DNA from: a virus
Virus record (IMG/VR): IMGVR_UViG_3300007072_000008
Coordinates: 1 to 64,000 of that record
DNA: 64,000 nucleotides
Direction: 5' to 3' (one strand)
The notes under the pieces were generated by a model. It had not been told where the DNA came from, did not search any database, and worked only from the letters and a program-made list of their open reading frames with translations. The translations under genes and the position numbers were made by a program. The number at the start of each line of letters is the position of its first letter. Position 1 is the stretch's first letter. Of the stretch, positions 1 to 9,548 are shown one piece after another.

Positions 1-1
1 A

Positions 2-667
2 GATGCATTTTGGTCTTATCAATTTGCAAAGGCTTTAGGTTTTAAAAATGTTCCTGATTTTATTGTTCAAAGGATTGCTACAAATGCAGAATGGTCTTAT
101 GAATTTGCTAGAAATGTAGGTTTTAAAGGTATTCCTATTTCTATTGTTCAAGTGATTGCTACAGATGCAAGATGGTCTTATTATTTTGCTAGAGATTTAG
201 GGTTCAAAAATGTTCCTGATTCTATTGTTCAAAGGATTGCTACAAGTGCAGAATGTTCTTATGAATTTGCCAAAAGTTTAAAGTTCCAAGATGTTCCTGA
301 TTCTATTATAAGAGGGATTGCTACAAGTGCAGAACGGTCTTATGAATTTGCCAGAGGCTTAGGGTTCAAAAATGTTCCTGATTTTATAGTTCGAGGGATT
401 GCTACAAATGCATATTGGTCTTATCAATTTGCAAAAGGTTTAGGTTTGAAAGATGTTCCTGATTTTATTGTTCAAAGGATTGCTACAGATGCATGGTGTT
501 CTTATCAATTTGCTGAAGGATTAGGTTTTAAAGATGTTCCTAATTCTATTGTGCAAAGGATTGCTACAGATGCATGGTGGTCTTATCAATTTGCTGAAAA
601 ATTAGGTTTTACAAATGTTCCTAAAATAATTATGGATAAGGTTAAAAACAAACATGCAATGGTATAA
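2..667 (+). CDS. Tandem 26-aa repeat protein (5' partial; begins before the window)
   Basis: Frame is open from position 2. About 8 copies of VPDxIxxxIATxAxWSYxFAxxLGFKx (78-bp units). Confidence 0.85.
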   Translation, partial: DAFWSYQFAKALGFKNVPDFIVQRIATNAEWSYEFARNVGFKGIPISIVQVIATDARWSYYFARDLGFKNVPDSIVQRIATSAECSYEFAKSLKFQDVPDSIIRGIATSAERSYEFARGLGFKNVPDFIVRGIATNAYWSYQFAKGLGLKDVPDFIVQRIATDAWCSYQFAEGLGFKDVPNSIVQRIATDAWWSYQFAEKLGFTNVPKIIMDKVKNKHAMV

Positions 668-1658
668 GGTATTAAAACAATCACAACAAAGAGATTCGCA
701 GTTGTTTTTAAAGCTATTAAAAACTACAGTTAATAAATTGCTTCAAGAGGGCAAATTGATGCCTGAAGTTCAGATAGAAAAACTTTTAGAAAAGGGTGTA
801 CCTGGTACAGCAGCGATTTTAAAACCAATGATAAACAGACTTTTAGAAAATAAGGGAGTAACAAATAATTCTAAAAATATTGTAAAAATTGTTGCTACCA
901 GTGCATATTGGTCTTATTTATTTGCTAGAGGTTTGGGGTTTAAAGATGTACCTAATATAATTATAGAGAGGATTGCTACAAATGCAGGGTGGTCTTATGA
1001 ATTTGCTAAAATGTTACATTGTCAAGATGTTCCTATAATTATTACAGAAGGGGTTGCTAAAGATGCACAATTATCTTGTATGTTGGCCCAGCTATGTACT
1101 AACTATTTGGGTGTTAAAAATGTTCCTAATGCTATTATTGAAGGCATTGCTAAAGATGTATTTTGGTCTTATAAATTTGCTGAAAGTTTAGGTTTTAAAA
1201 ATGTTCCTACTTCTATTATTCAAAAGATAGCTACAGATGCACAATTGTCTTATAAATTTGCTAAAGGTTTACGATTTAAAACCAGGAATATTTTTATTAT
1301 TGGAGCGATTGCTACAAATGTGGGGTTATCTTACTGTTTTGCTGATGGTTTGGGGTTTAAAAATGTTCCTGCTATAATTATTGAAACGATTGCGACAAAT
1401 GTATATTGGTCTTATAGATATGCTGAAGGGTTAAATTTCCAAAAAGTTCCTGAAATAATTGTGTTAACGATTGCTAGAAGAGCAGAGTTATCTTATCGTT
1501 TTGCCAAAGGTTTAGATTTCCAAGATGTTCCTGATTCTATTATAAGAGGGGTTGCTACAGATGCACAATGGTCTTATGAATTTGCAAAGGCTTTAGGGTT
1601 TAAAAATGTTCCTAAGATAATTATGGATAAGGTTAAAGACAAACATGCAAAGGTATAA
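654..1658 (+). CDS. Tandem 26-aa repeat protein paralog with MQWYK N-terminal tag
   Basis: Same repeat as the upstream gene and near-identical C-terminus (VPKIIMDKVK.KHA.V). Starts MQWYKVLKQSQ. Confidence 0.88.
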   Translation: MQWYKVLKQSQQRDSQLFLKLLKTTVNKLLQEGKLMPEVQIEKLLEKGVPGTAAILKPMINRLLENKGVTNNSKNIVKIVATSAYWSYLFARGLGFKDVPNIIIERIATNAGWSYEFAKMLHCQDVPIIITEGVAKDAQLSCMLAQLCTNYLGVKNVPNAIIEGIAKDVFWSYKFAESLGFKNVPTSIIQKIATDAQLSYKFAKGLRFKTRNIFIIGAIATNVGLSYCFADGLGFKNVPAIIIETIATNVYWSYRYAEGLNFQKVPEIIVLTIARRAELSYRFAKGLDFQDVPDSIIRGVATDAQWSYEFAKALGFKNVPKIIMDKVKDKHAKV

Positions 1659-1830
1659 GGTATTAAACAGTAATAAGTCTATTAAGAACAACAGTTGATA
1701 ACTTATTTGAAGGGGGCAAATTGATTTCTGAAAGCTATAGGTTTAGGGTTTAAAGATACCAATGCATATTTGACTTATGAATTTGCTATATGGTTATGGT
1801 TTAAAAGATATTTCTATTATAAACAACAGT
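1645..1830 (+). pseudogene. Decayed third copy of the repeat-protein gene
   Basis: atgcaaaggtataaggtattaaa mirrors atgcaatggtataaggtattaaa at 654. Followed by frameshifted fragments (gggcaaattgat, ttagggtttaaagat, tatgaatttgcta). Confidence 0.7.
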
Positions 1831-1899
1831 TGATCACAGTGGGCTTCGTTAGAATTGCGTAATGTTATTCTATATAATAAATTATAGTCAGTTTAAGGT

Positions 1900-2376
1900 T
1901 TATACTCCTGTAGATCCAAAGCCACCTCCTCTGTCTTTTTTTTTAGTTTCCTCGTCAAATTCAACAACTTCCACGATTAGAGCCTGCTGGACCGGTGTAA
2001 GCACAGCTTGTGCTATTCGGTCGCCAATATTAATATAAAAGGCTTTATCTTTGGATAAATTGAACAGTATTATTTTTACCTCATCCAGGTAATCGGCATC
2101 AATAGTGCCTGGCGAATTAGTTATTGTGATGTTATATTTAGCTGCTAATCCGCTTCGGGGTCTAATTTGCATTTCATAATTAGGAGGTATATTAAAAGCT
2201 AATCCCGTCCTTACCACAGCTTGTTCTAGAGGTTTAATTAGCACTTTTTCTGCCGATGCGAGGTCGAACCCTGAGGATTGGACTGTGTGATATTTTGGCA
2301 CAGTTGCTTCAGGAAGGAGTTTTTTAACATTTAGTACTAAATTGTTAGTATATTTTTCTAAAGATTCTTTTGTCAT
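1900..2376 (-). CDS. dut: dUTPase (trimeric)
   Basis: Motifs SGFDL, RPRSGLA, GTIDADY, GDRIAQ, RGGGFGSTG. ATG at 2376 follows a GAGG SD (ORF track start is 2406). Confidence 0.96.
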   Translation of the reverse strand: MTKESLEKYTNNLVLNVKKLLPEATVPKYHTVQSSGFDLASAEKVLIKPLEQAVVRTGLAFNIPPNYEMQIRPRSGLAAKYNITITNSPGTIDADYLDEVKIILFNLSKDKAFYINIGDRIAQAVLTPVQQALIVEVVEFDEETKKKDRGGGFGSTGV

Positions 2377-2383
2377 AGTTACC

Positions 2384-4801
2384 TCAATTGCATTTTGAAT
2401 TTCCACATTCTATGCAAGATGAGCAGCCATCTTGTCTGACTATTTTTCCACCGCATTTGTCACATTTTTCACCGGTCCCGATTCCATCCTTGATATATTT
2501 TTTTAATGCTCTAGCCATAGCTTTACTAAAGCTAGTAAGATGTCCGTTGGTTTTCTCTAATTGCGAGACAATAAACGATACATCTGCCCCATGCCTTAAT
2601 GCTGTAGATGTTAGTCTTGTTAGTGCTTCTTCATCTTCGTTGATGTATTTAGTTATATCGGATAAAGAAGATCCATCGTTAAATTCGGCCTCGTATTTAC
2701 CTTTAGATTTTTTTATTATTTTTCCGTTTACTACTGTTTTATCTATCATTCCATTTTGTCCAGCAAATACTTCATACGGGTCATTATTGAACAATCCCAC
2801 TAGGACAAAATATTGTACTCCTTTTACCTTGACATGATGCACATCGCACGGTAATTCAGATGGTCGTTTTGGTGCTTGTGTTTTGGTAATTTTTTCCTTT
2901 GCTTTTTCTTCTGTATTGACCAGTACCCCTGTTCTACACCCATCTCTATAAACTGTAATTCCTTTACATCCCAATTGCCAAGCTTTTAGATAAATATCTG
3001 ATACGACTTCTTCAGTTACATCGTTTGGAAGATTAACTGTAGATGAAATAGAATTATCTATCCATTTTTGCAATGCTGCTTGCATTTTTACTCTATTAAT
3101 CCAATCGATATCATTTGCTGTGGCTTTATAGTAAGGTGATTTTTCTATATCATCAGTTCCATTTATTTTCATCCATCGTTGCAAACCATGATGATAAACA
3201 TCGAAGTGCATCCACTGATCACCGTTTTGGTCTATAAAATCAGTTCTAAATCCTTTATCACTTGGATTTCCTTTTTTACGTCGCATATATTTGAGCATAA
3301 ACACCGGTTCTAATCCAGAAGTTGTTTGTGTTAAGCAAGAAACTGATCCAGTAGGTGCAATGGTTAACAGCACCATATTACGCCTACCATATTTCTTCAT
3401 ATCTTCCCATAGTTCAGGATCTGCCTGTGCTATTCTTTGTATGAATCCTGATTTAATATCTATGTTAGAATCATATTGTGGGAATGGGCCAAGTTCTTTT
3501 GCCATTTCTACTGATGATCGATAGACTGACAGAGCATATTGCTTTTGCATTTCTTCACAGAACTCAATAGATTTTTGACTACCATATTTTATATTTAGAG
3601 CAGCCAAAGCATCTCCCAATGCTGTAAACCCACAGCCTGTGCGTCTATCCAAAAGTGCTGTTTTTCTAATATTATCCCAAAGATCTAACCCTATTTTTTT
3701 TATATATTCAGGTTCAGGATCGGACTTAATTTTAGCAATAATTCTATCTACGCATTCTATTTCCAGATCAACAAGATCATCTCCTAATCTTTGGATAATT
3801 CTTGCATGTTCTCTGAATAATTTATAATTAAAATATGCTTTATCAGTATATGGGTTTTCCACATAAGATAATAAATTTAAAACAAGTAATCGGCAACTAG
3901 CATATGGTGGCAAGAACTGCTCTCCACACGGGTTGCTAGATGTTTCAATATGCCCATAATGATAGCCAGTACTTTCACGATGGACAGTATCAATAAATAT
4001 ACAACCAGGCTCTGCCATTAACCACGCTGAATGAACAAATTGTGACCATATCTCTTTAGCTTTAACCAGTTTAGTTAAACGCGGTTGGTCAGAATCTACA
4101 GGCCACTGCAATTGGAATTGACTGTCTTTTAGTACTGCTTCCATGAATTGGTCGGTAAATTTAATACTAATATTTGATCCGGTAACTTGAGTAAGATCTT
4201 GTTTTACAGTTATAAAATCTAAGACTTGAGGATGTGCTACATGTAGTGATTGTAAGCTTGCCCCTCTACGACCGAACTGTGCAACTTCTCTAATAGTATT
4301 AGAATATCTTTTGACAAATTCTATCATACCACTGGTGGTTTTGGCGGCATTGCTAACAGCCATATTAGCTGGTCTAAGATTGCTTACATCCCAGCCCACT
4401 CCCCCACGCCTACAAGATATTTGTGCTATTTGAGAATCTGTGTAATTTATTCCTAAATAGGAATCGTAAGGAGAGGGTAAAACGAAACAATTTCCACTAG
4501 ATACATACTGATATGGATTACCTATTGCATACATCGGAGAACCTTGAAATACAATATACTTAAAACCCTCTTGTAATTTGTATATTTGTTCTTCGGTTAG
4601 TGGGTTTTTAAATTTTGCTTTCTCTATTCTTGCGAATTCCTTAGCAAGTCTAGAATGTAGATCTTTGGGAGTTTTTTCTAAGATATTATCTTCATTATCT
4701 CTTAGTGCGTATTTATCCACAAAAACTTTAGCGGCCAGTTCATCACCATTAAAATATTCTAAAGAAGCATTATAAGCATCATTATAGCTGTATTTTTTCA
4801 T
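2384..4801 (-). CDS. nrdJ: Class II (adenosylcobalamin-dependent) ribonucleotide reductase
   Basis: NCFV, RRGA, SNPCGEQ, TIAPTGS, SISSTVN, KGITVYRDG motifs; C-terminal Zn ribbon; no beta-subunit gene adjacent. Confidence 0.93.
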   Translation of the reverse strand: MKKYSYNDAYNASLEYFNGDELAAKVFVDKYALRDNEDNILEKTPKDLHSRLAKEFARIEKAKFKNPLTEEQIYKLQEGFKYIVFQGSPMYAIGNPYQYVSSGNCFVLPSPYDSYLGINYTDSQIAQISCRRGGVGWDVSNLRPANMAVSNAAKTTSGMIEFVKRYSNTIREVAQFGRRGASLQSLHVAHPQVLDFITVKQDLTQVTGSNISIKFTDQFMEAVLKDSQFQLQWPVDSDQPRLTKLVKAKEIWSQFVHSAWLMAEPGCIFIDTVHRESTGYHYGHIETSSNPCGEQFLPPYASCRLLVLNLLSYVENPYTDKAYFNYKLFREHARIIQRLGDDLVDLEIECVDRIIAKIKSDPEPEYIKKIGLDLWDNIRKTALLDRRTGCGFTALGDALAALNIKYGSQKSIEFCEEMQKQYALSVYRSSVEMAKELGPFPQYDSNIDIKSGFIQRIAQADPELWEDMKKYGRRNMVLLTIAPTGSVSCLTQTTSGLEPVFMLKYMRRKKGNPSDKGFRTDFIDQNGDQWMHFDVYHHGLQRWMKINGTDDIEKSPYYKATANDIDWINRVKMQAALQKWIDNSISSTVNLPNDVTEEVVSDIYLKAWQLGCKGITVYRDGCRTGVLVNTEEKAKEKITKTQAPKRPSELPCDVHHVKVKGVQYFVLVGLFNNDPYEVFAGQNGMIDKTVVNGKIIKKSKGKYEAEFNDGSSLSDITKYINEDEEALTRLTSTALRHGADVSFIVSQLEKTNGHLTSFSKAMARALKKYIKDGIGTGEKCDKCGGKIVRQDGCSSCIECGNSKCN

Positions 4802-4850
4802 TTATTATTCCTTTTCACAACTAACAATTTCGGAAATATCTGTCTATAGA

Positions 4851-5010
4851 AAAAACAAATCACATTGCAATCATAGTCCAGGTCTCTTTAGATTTTGACC
4901 GCAGATACATCCGTTATCACTAGTATTAACATTTGTATCCATTCTACAAAAGGTCGTTTTGTCGCGTTTTCCAAATCCAAACCTCAATGCTATGATGCAA
5001 TGTGATTGTT
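4851..5010 (-). ncRNA. Rod-shaped structured RNA, 6S-RNA-like (tentative)
   Basis: Five nested helices with G-U pairs that favour the minus strand, TATACT upstream and a U-tract downstream. Confidence 0.5.
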
Positions 5011-5220
5011 AATATTTTTATAGTATATAAATATATCTAAAAACCATATTTTGTTGTTACAATATCGTCTTTTTAGAACAGTTTAAAAAACAAAAATTTA
5101 TGTGAATGTAATTTTAATTGATTCGCTATACAACTGATAAAAAAGTTTGAAAGTAATACTGATAAACAAGAGAAACTTTTTTGCTTTTTAGATTTTTTAT
5201 TTTAAACCATTAAATTATAT

Positions 5221-5412
5221 TCAATATTCTGGTTTTTTTGTTCTTCTTGCTTCGGCATTTTTCAATATAGCCTCCTTACTGGTTAAGTTACGACGCATAG
5301 ATTTTTCTTTACATTTATTACATAAAATAAAAGAATAGTTTGTATTAATGTTCGGTTCAGAACATAAAACACATGGATGTTGTTTTATGATTTGTTCCAT
5401 ATCTTTTTTCAT
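5221..5412 (-). CDS. Small Zn-finger-like hypothetical protein
   Basis: CxxC...CxxC; co-oriented with neighbours. Confidence 0.55.
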   Translation of the reverse strand: MKKDMEQIIKQHPCVLCSEPNINTNYSFILCNKCKEKSMRRNLTSKEAILKNAEARRTKKPEY

Positions 5413-5430
5413 GCACTTTATTGCTAAGTG

Positions 5431-6081
5431 TTATGTTAATAGTGGTATTTTTCCTTCTGGCAAAAATTGTTTCCAGCACTCATCTATATTTTTACTAAGA
5501 TGAGACGCCAAAGGATACCACCTAGGCTTATGCGGTTTACTTCGTAACACGAAACCTGATTCTTTTAAGGTTCGATCTCTTTTTTTAGAATTACAATGGA
5601 AGCAAGCAATTACACAGTTTTCCCAAGAGTACTTTCCACCTTTAGCACGTGGAAACACATGATCTACAGTAAAAGTTTCATTGTTAACTCTTTTGCCACA
5701 ATACTGACAGCTATAGTTATCTCTTAATAATAGGTTTTTCCGAGTTAGGTTAATTTCTATCTGTGGAATTTCATTGTATTCGGTTAAAACTATAATTTTA
5801 GGCACTCTAACCTCTGTATGAGGCATTTTTATCACCTTTTGTCCTGGTATTGGTTCTAACAACTCCCACTCTTTCCAGGTGTACAGTTGTGAAAATTCAT
5901 CATAAGTATCAATGATTTTGGCGCATTCTGTAAATACATCACAAATAGCATCTTTAGCTGTTTTGATATGGATCGCATTCCAGCTTTTATTTAATACTAA
6001 TACTGGGCTGTTTAAGACGGATGACATAGCTTTCTGTTTCTTTCTGTATTGCAAATCATAAGCTATTCCGCTGATTTTCAC
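5431..6081 (-). CDS. HNH endonuclease (McrA-like, VLVLN-type)
   Basis: VLVLNKSW N-terminal motif, RDNYSCQYCG, TVDHVFPRAKGG, WENCVIACFHCNSKK. Confidence 0.92.
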   Translation of the reverse strand: MKISGIAYDLQYRKKQKAMSSVLNSPVLVLNKSWNAIHIKTAKDAICDVFTECAKIIDTYDEFSQLYTWKEWELLEPIPGQKVIKMPHTEVRVPKIIVLTEYNEIPQIEINLTRKNLLLRDNYSCQYCGKRVNNETFTVDHVFPRAKGGKYSWENCVIACFHCNSKKRDRTLKESGFVLRSKPHKPRWYPLASHLSKNIDECWKQFLPEGKIPLLT

Positions 6082-6893
6082 ACTAAGGCAGTGCCTTTGA
6101 ACTTTTTCACTACTGTCCAGATATCGCCAAAATATGTTGGATTTCTATCAACTTTATGTTTTAACCGTTGAATTATTTTATTGTGCATTTGACTAACACG
6201 AGATTCGGACAGATTTACTTTATCAGAAATTTCTTTCATATTTCGATTTTCAAAATAATACAGCCATATAATTTTACGTTCCTGGGGTGTAAAGTTCAAT
6301 CCCATTAGTTTGTTAAAGAATTCTTTTCGTATTATGCTTTCTGATGGATCTACAAAGTTACCATCTTCTATTTGTTCTATTGACATACCGCTATCGTCCT
6401 CATTTAAGTCATTAAAATTGTACATTACAGGAGGATTATACATAGCAACCATCTTATCAGCTTCTATTTCTGACATACCTATTTCTTCAGCAAGTTGTGC
6501 AGTAGACATTTTATATCCTTTTCTACTTTCTATAATTTGTCTATTTTTTTCAAACTTACTAGATCGACTTCTCACTAAGCGAGGAATCCAGTCGGATTTA
6601 CGAATTTCGTCTAACATATTTCCTTTAATGCGTCTGGCGGCATAAGTTTCGAATTTATTGTTAAATCGTACTGGATCGAATTTGCTTATTGCATCATAAA
6701 GACCGTCAACTCCCATAGATGTTAATTCATCTATAGATAAATGATTAATCTTTATGTGTAATTTTTGAGCTATTTTCTGAACTAACGGATAATAGTGTTC
6801 AACCAATTGTTTATATGATTTTTCACATATTACACCTGCTTCTTTAGAAGTTAAAAATTGTTTCCAAAGTGACGATAATTCTTCTTTGTTCAT
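6078..6893 (-). CDS. fliA: RNA polymerase sigma factor, FliA/WhiG (sigma28) family
   Basis: Region 2 GLYDAISKFDP..KFETYA..RIKGNMLDEIR, DWIPRLVRS; region 4 MKEISDKVNLSESRVSQMH. Confidence 0.92.
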   Translation of the reverse strand: MNKEELSSLWKQFLTSKEAGVICEKSYKQLVEHYYPLVQKIAQKLHIKINHLSIDELTSMGVDGLYDAISKFDPVRFNNKFETYAARRIKGNMLDEIRKSDWIPRLVRSRSSKFEKNRQIIESRKGYKMSTAQLAEEIGMSEIEADKMVAMYNPPVMYNFNDLNEDDSGMSIEQIEDGNFVDPSESIIRKEFFNKLMGLNFTPQERKIIWLYYFENRNMKEISDKVNLSESRVSQMHNKIIQRLKHKVDRNPTYFGDIWTVVKKFKGTALV

Positions 6894-6985
6894 ATATATA
6901 CCTCTGTTGTAAGTGAATTGCTATATTGATATTTATTTAATATTATTTTGGATTTAGCATGTCTTTTACATATGCTATTACGCTA

Positions 6986-7960
6986 CTAAACCCCTTTTGT
7001 GTTTATTTTATTTTCATCAATGTCTGCGACAGTGTTTTTTATAGCCTGTTGGCTATCTTCTATTCCGTCATTATTTAAGTCTATAAATTGAGAAGGCACG
7101 ATGGGAGTTGCTCTTTTAAATAAAGGATTCGACCTAATGGAATCTACTATGTCTTTTGTTGTATCGCTTTGTATTAACCGAACAGTGCCTGGTACCGGTC
7201 CATCCCCAAAGAAAAACTGTCTGTTTGCTATGCTCATAAGTGGTTTTTGTCCTTCTACTGTTTCGATCAATTCTTTAGTAGCTACACTTAAGGTTTTGGA
7301 TTTTCTATCCTTAAAAAACTGCACATATACAAATATACCAATTGCTAATACACTGATACCAATCACAAAATAAGGAATTAAAGCAATGGTTTGTACTAAT
7401 AATACACATACAGCTAACCCAATGGCACATACAATGCCTCCATAGATAGCTAGTTTATTGCCTTGGGAAAATATAGCGATCCCAGCGCAGATTAGCACAC
7501 CAAAGAAACAGAATGCACTCCAACCCATGATTTTCTCTCTAAATTCTTTTGTAACATTTTCTTCTGCTTTTATTCTAGCAGCTTTTTCTTCCTCATACAT
7601 CTCCTGCAATATGCTTACCCTACTGTCCGCTTCTGTTAATTGTTTTTTTATATTAAATAATTTAGAAATTATACCATCTTGTATAATTGTTTGTTCCCAG
7701 ATTTTAAGTGTATGAGAACTCATTTCTTTTTTTAGATTATCTGGTGTAATTAGATTAATTTGATTTGTTTCGGCTTTAATAGTATCTGTTGTATCTTTTA
7801 ATAATTGGGCAGAATTGTCTACGTCGTTTGTCGCATTCCCTATGGAGTCTTTAGGGTTAGAATAGTCTGATATAACCCCTTTATTACCACATCCAACCAT
7901 AAAAAAACAAAAAATAAACCCCAATAATAAAAACAATAATCTTTGAAAAGTATTTTGCAT
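6986..7960 (-). CDS. Lipoprotein with coiled coil and C-terminal transmembrane helices
   Basis: Signal peptide ending FMVG-C, heptad-rich segment, then about 3 hydrophobic helices; AGGAG SD. Confidence 0.75.
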   Translation of the reverse strand: MQNTFQRLLFLLLGFIFCFFMVGCGNKGVISDYSNPKDSIGNATNDVDNSAQLLKDTTDTIKAETNQINLITPDNLKKEMSSHTLKIWEQTIIQDGIISKLFNIKKQLTEADSRVSILQEMYEEEKAARIKAEENVTKEFREKIMGWSAFCFFGVLICAGIAIFSQGNKLAIYGGIVCAIGLAVCVLLVQTIALIPYFVIGISVLAIGIFVYVQFFKDRKSKTLSVATKELIETVEGQKPLMSIANRQFFFGDGPVPGTVRLIQSDTTKDIVDSIRSNPLFKRATPIVPSQFIDLNNDGIEDSQQAIKNTVADIDENKINTKGV

Positions 7961-7968
7961 ATTTTCTC

Positions 7969-8199
7969 CTATATCAGTGTTTGCCTATCTCCCTTTTTCT
8001 CTCTTTCCATAATTTTATTTAAATATCCTTGTGCTTCGTTTTTGCTAAAGCTACGATAAGAATATGCAACTATATTATTTGTCATAAAATTTAATATTTT
8101 TGTATGGAAGCCCATTTCTTGCAATTTATTTGAATAGGAACGAGCATATACACTATCCCAATTAAAATATAACCCGGCAAATTTAATAGGATAATTCAT
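7969..8199 (-). CDS. Hypothetical protein
   Basis: ATGA overlap with the upstream gene. Confidence 0.6.
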   Translation of the reverse strand: MNYPIKFAGLYFNWDSVYARSYSNKLQEMGFHTKILNFMTNNIVAYSYRSFSKNEAQGYLNKIMEREKKGDRQTLI

Positions 8200-8543
8200 A
8201 TATACCTTTTTTCAGAAATATTAGCAAAACTAATTAAAAAGTCCATAATAGTCCAGGTGATACCCGCGGTTACAAATCCTGACAAAGGCCACATCCAATA
8301 TATATCCATGTTATATAAATATGATATAAATAATACACATAATTCTGCCACTAGGGTAGTCCAAAAAGAAGTACATACTGTACACTTTAGCATACGCGGT
8401 AATCTGGGATGAAATCGTTTAAGTATTGATTTTAATATAAGATGATAGCGGCGAATAGGCCATTGTCGTTTCTTCTCAACTAAAATAACAGCCATTCCAT
8501 AACCAGTTAAAACTACAAATATAAGATGAAATAGGAATTGCAT
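8196..8543 (-). CDS. Small membrane protein with CxxCxSFW motif (DUF1360-like)
   Basis: Three hydrophobic segments and CTVCTSFW. Confidence 0.7.
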   Translation of the reverse strand: MQFLFHLIFVVLTGYGMAVILVEKKRQWPIRRYHLILKSILKRFHPRLPRMLKCTVCTSFWTTLVAELCVLFISYLYNMDIYWMWPLSGFVTAGITWTIMDFLISFANISEKRYI

Positions 8544-8572
8544 AAAACCCTTTCTAATGACGATACTTTAAT

Positions 8573-8872
8573 ATGGAAAACATACCTTTACATAAAGATC
8601 TAATTAACCCCCCTGAAGAGTCTTTGCATCAATTGTTTTCAAATATAATCGAAAACGGACAGAAGATATTGACTTTATTCGTAGAACAAAAAGATTATGT
8701 TGCGTTGGGCGAAATGTCATACGCTTTAAATTATGTCAAAGACGTAATTATCAAAGCAACCTTAAAACAAAGACCAACAACACCTAAATTAGACAACCGC
8801 GAAAATCCTTCAGATGATAGCTGGATTACTGAGTTAGAAAATAAATTGCTCATGACAAAAAATAAATCTTAA
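8573..8872 (+). CDS. Hypothetical protein
   Basis: 99-aa ORF; ACGATA lies 7 nt upstream of the ATG. Confidence 0.65.
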   Translation: MENIPLHKDLINPPEESLHQLFSNIIENGQKILTLFVEQKDYVALGEMSYALNYVKDVIIKATLKQRPTTPKLDNRENPSDDSWITELENKLLMTKNKS

Positions 8873-9300
8873 AAGTTTTCGATAACATTATTCATATCTA
8901 CCGCTACTGCAGATGTCGTATCAATTGTGGGCAACAGTGCTATAGCACTGTTGTTTGATAACTTAAAAACATTTGCTGATACTTCTGTATTGTTGTTTCT
9001 TAGTTTATTCGTATACACTTCGTACACATTTCCTTCTATTTCTATAAAACTAGCTTTTTCCCCCAAATGTTTAACATTACATTTAATAGTACGATCTTTT
9101 TGCATACTTCTTACTAACAATTCAAATCCTATTAGTCGGCAACAGCTAGCTAAGATTTTTTGTTCTTGCTCACTTAATGTCTTGGGCACACTTTTGCTAT
9201 ATGAAACAACAAATACATATAAAGCCTCTATTTCTGCCCAATACTGGTCCAAAGAGGCGATCATCTGATTTAGAGCAATATTCTCTTCTTCAGTAATCAT
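8869..9300 (-). CDS. Hypothetical protein
   Basis: 143-aa ORF with ATGA overlap. Confidence 0.7.
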   Translation of the reverse strand: MITEEENIALNQMIASLDQYWAEIEALYVFVVSYSKSVPKTLSEQEQKILASCCRLIGFELLVRSMQKDRTIKCNVKHLGEKASFIEIEGNVYEVYTNKLRNNNTEVSANVFKLSNNSAIALLPTIDTTSAVAVDMNNVIENF

Positions 9301-9539
9301 TTATAAAATAAATTATATAACTTGTTTACTGTGTTTATAAAATCTGCATGTGTGGGAAATATTTCCCATACATGATATATGTCATCATATTCGACTGTAG
9401 CAATAATTTTACCATCTTCAAATTCAATATCGGCTGTTCCTTCTTGAGAAATTAAACTAATATAATTGTGCGCTTTCACTATAGTGTAATTGTGCTGCAA
9501 AACAAAATGATCCAGGAACATGTTATATATATCATACAT
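9297..9539 (-). CDS. Hypothetical protein
   Basis: Tightly packed operon ORF. Confidence 0.6.
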   Translation of the reverse strand: MYDIYNMFLDHFVLQHNYTIVKAHNYISLISQEGTADIEFEDGKIIATVEYDDIYHVWEIFPTHADFINTVNKLYNLFYK

Positions 9540-9548
9540 AATTGTATC

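Noticed and set aside
1-1658. 78-bp periodic repeats as a CRISPR array or DGR template/variable pair
   Set aside because: Repeats are in-frame coding units with no unique spacers, differences are not adenine-specific, and no cas or reverse transcriptase gene is in the window.
2388-4775. Plus-strand ORFs inside nrdJ and similar antisense ORFs across the window
   Set aside because: They lie opposite well-supported genes and lack SD sequences or recognisable motifs.
4851-5010. Cobalamin riboswitch upstream of nrdJ (GAGACCTG resembles part of the B12 box)
   Set aside because: The other conserved elements (GGGAA, the T-loop segment, GCCACTG/CCCGC) are missing and the region folds as one unbranched rod.
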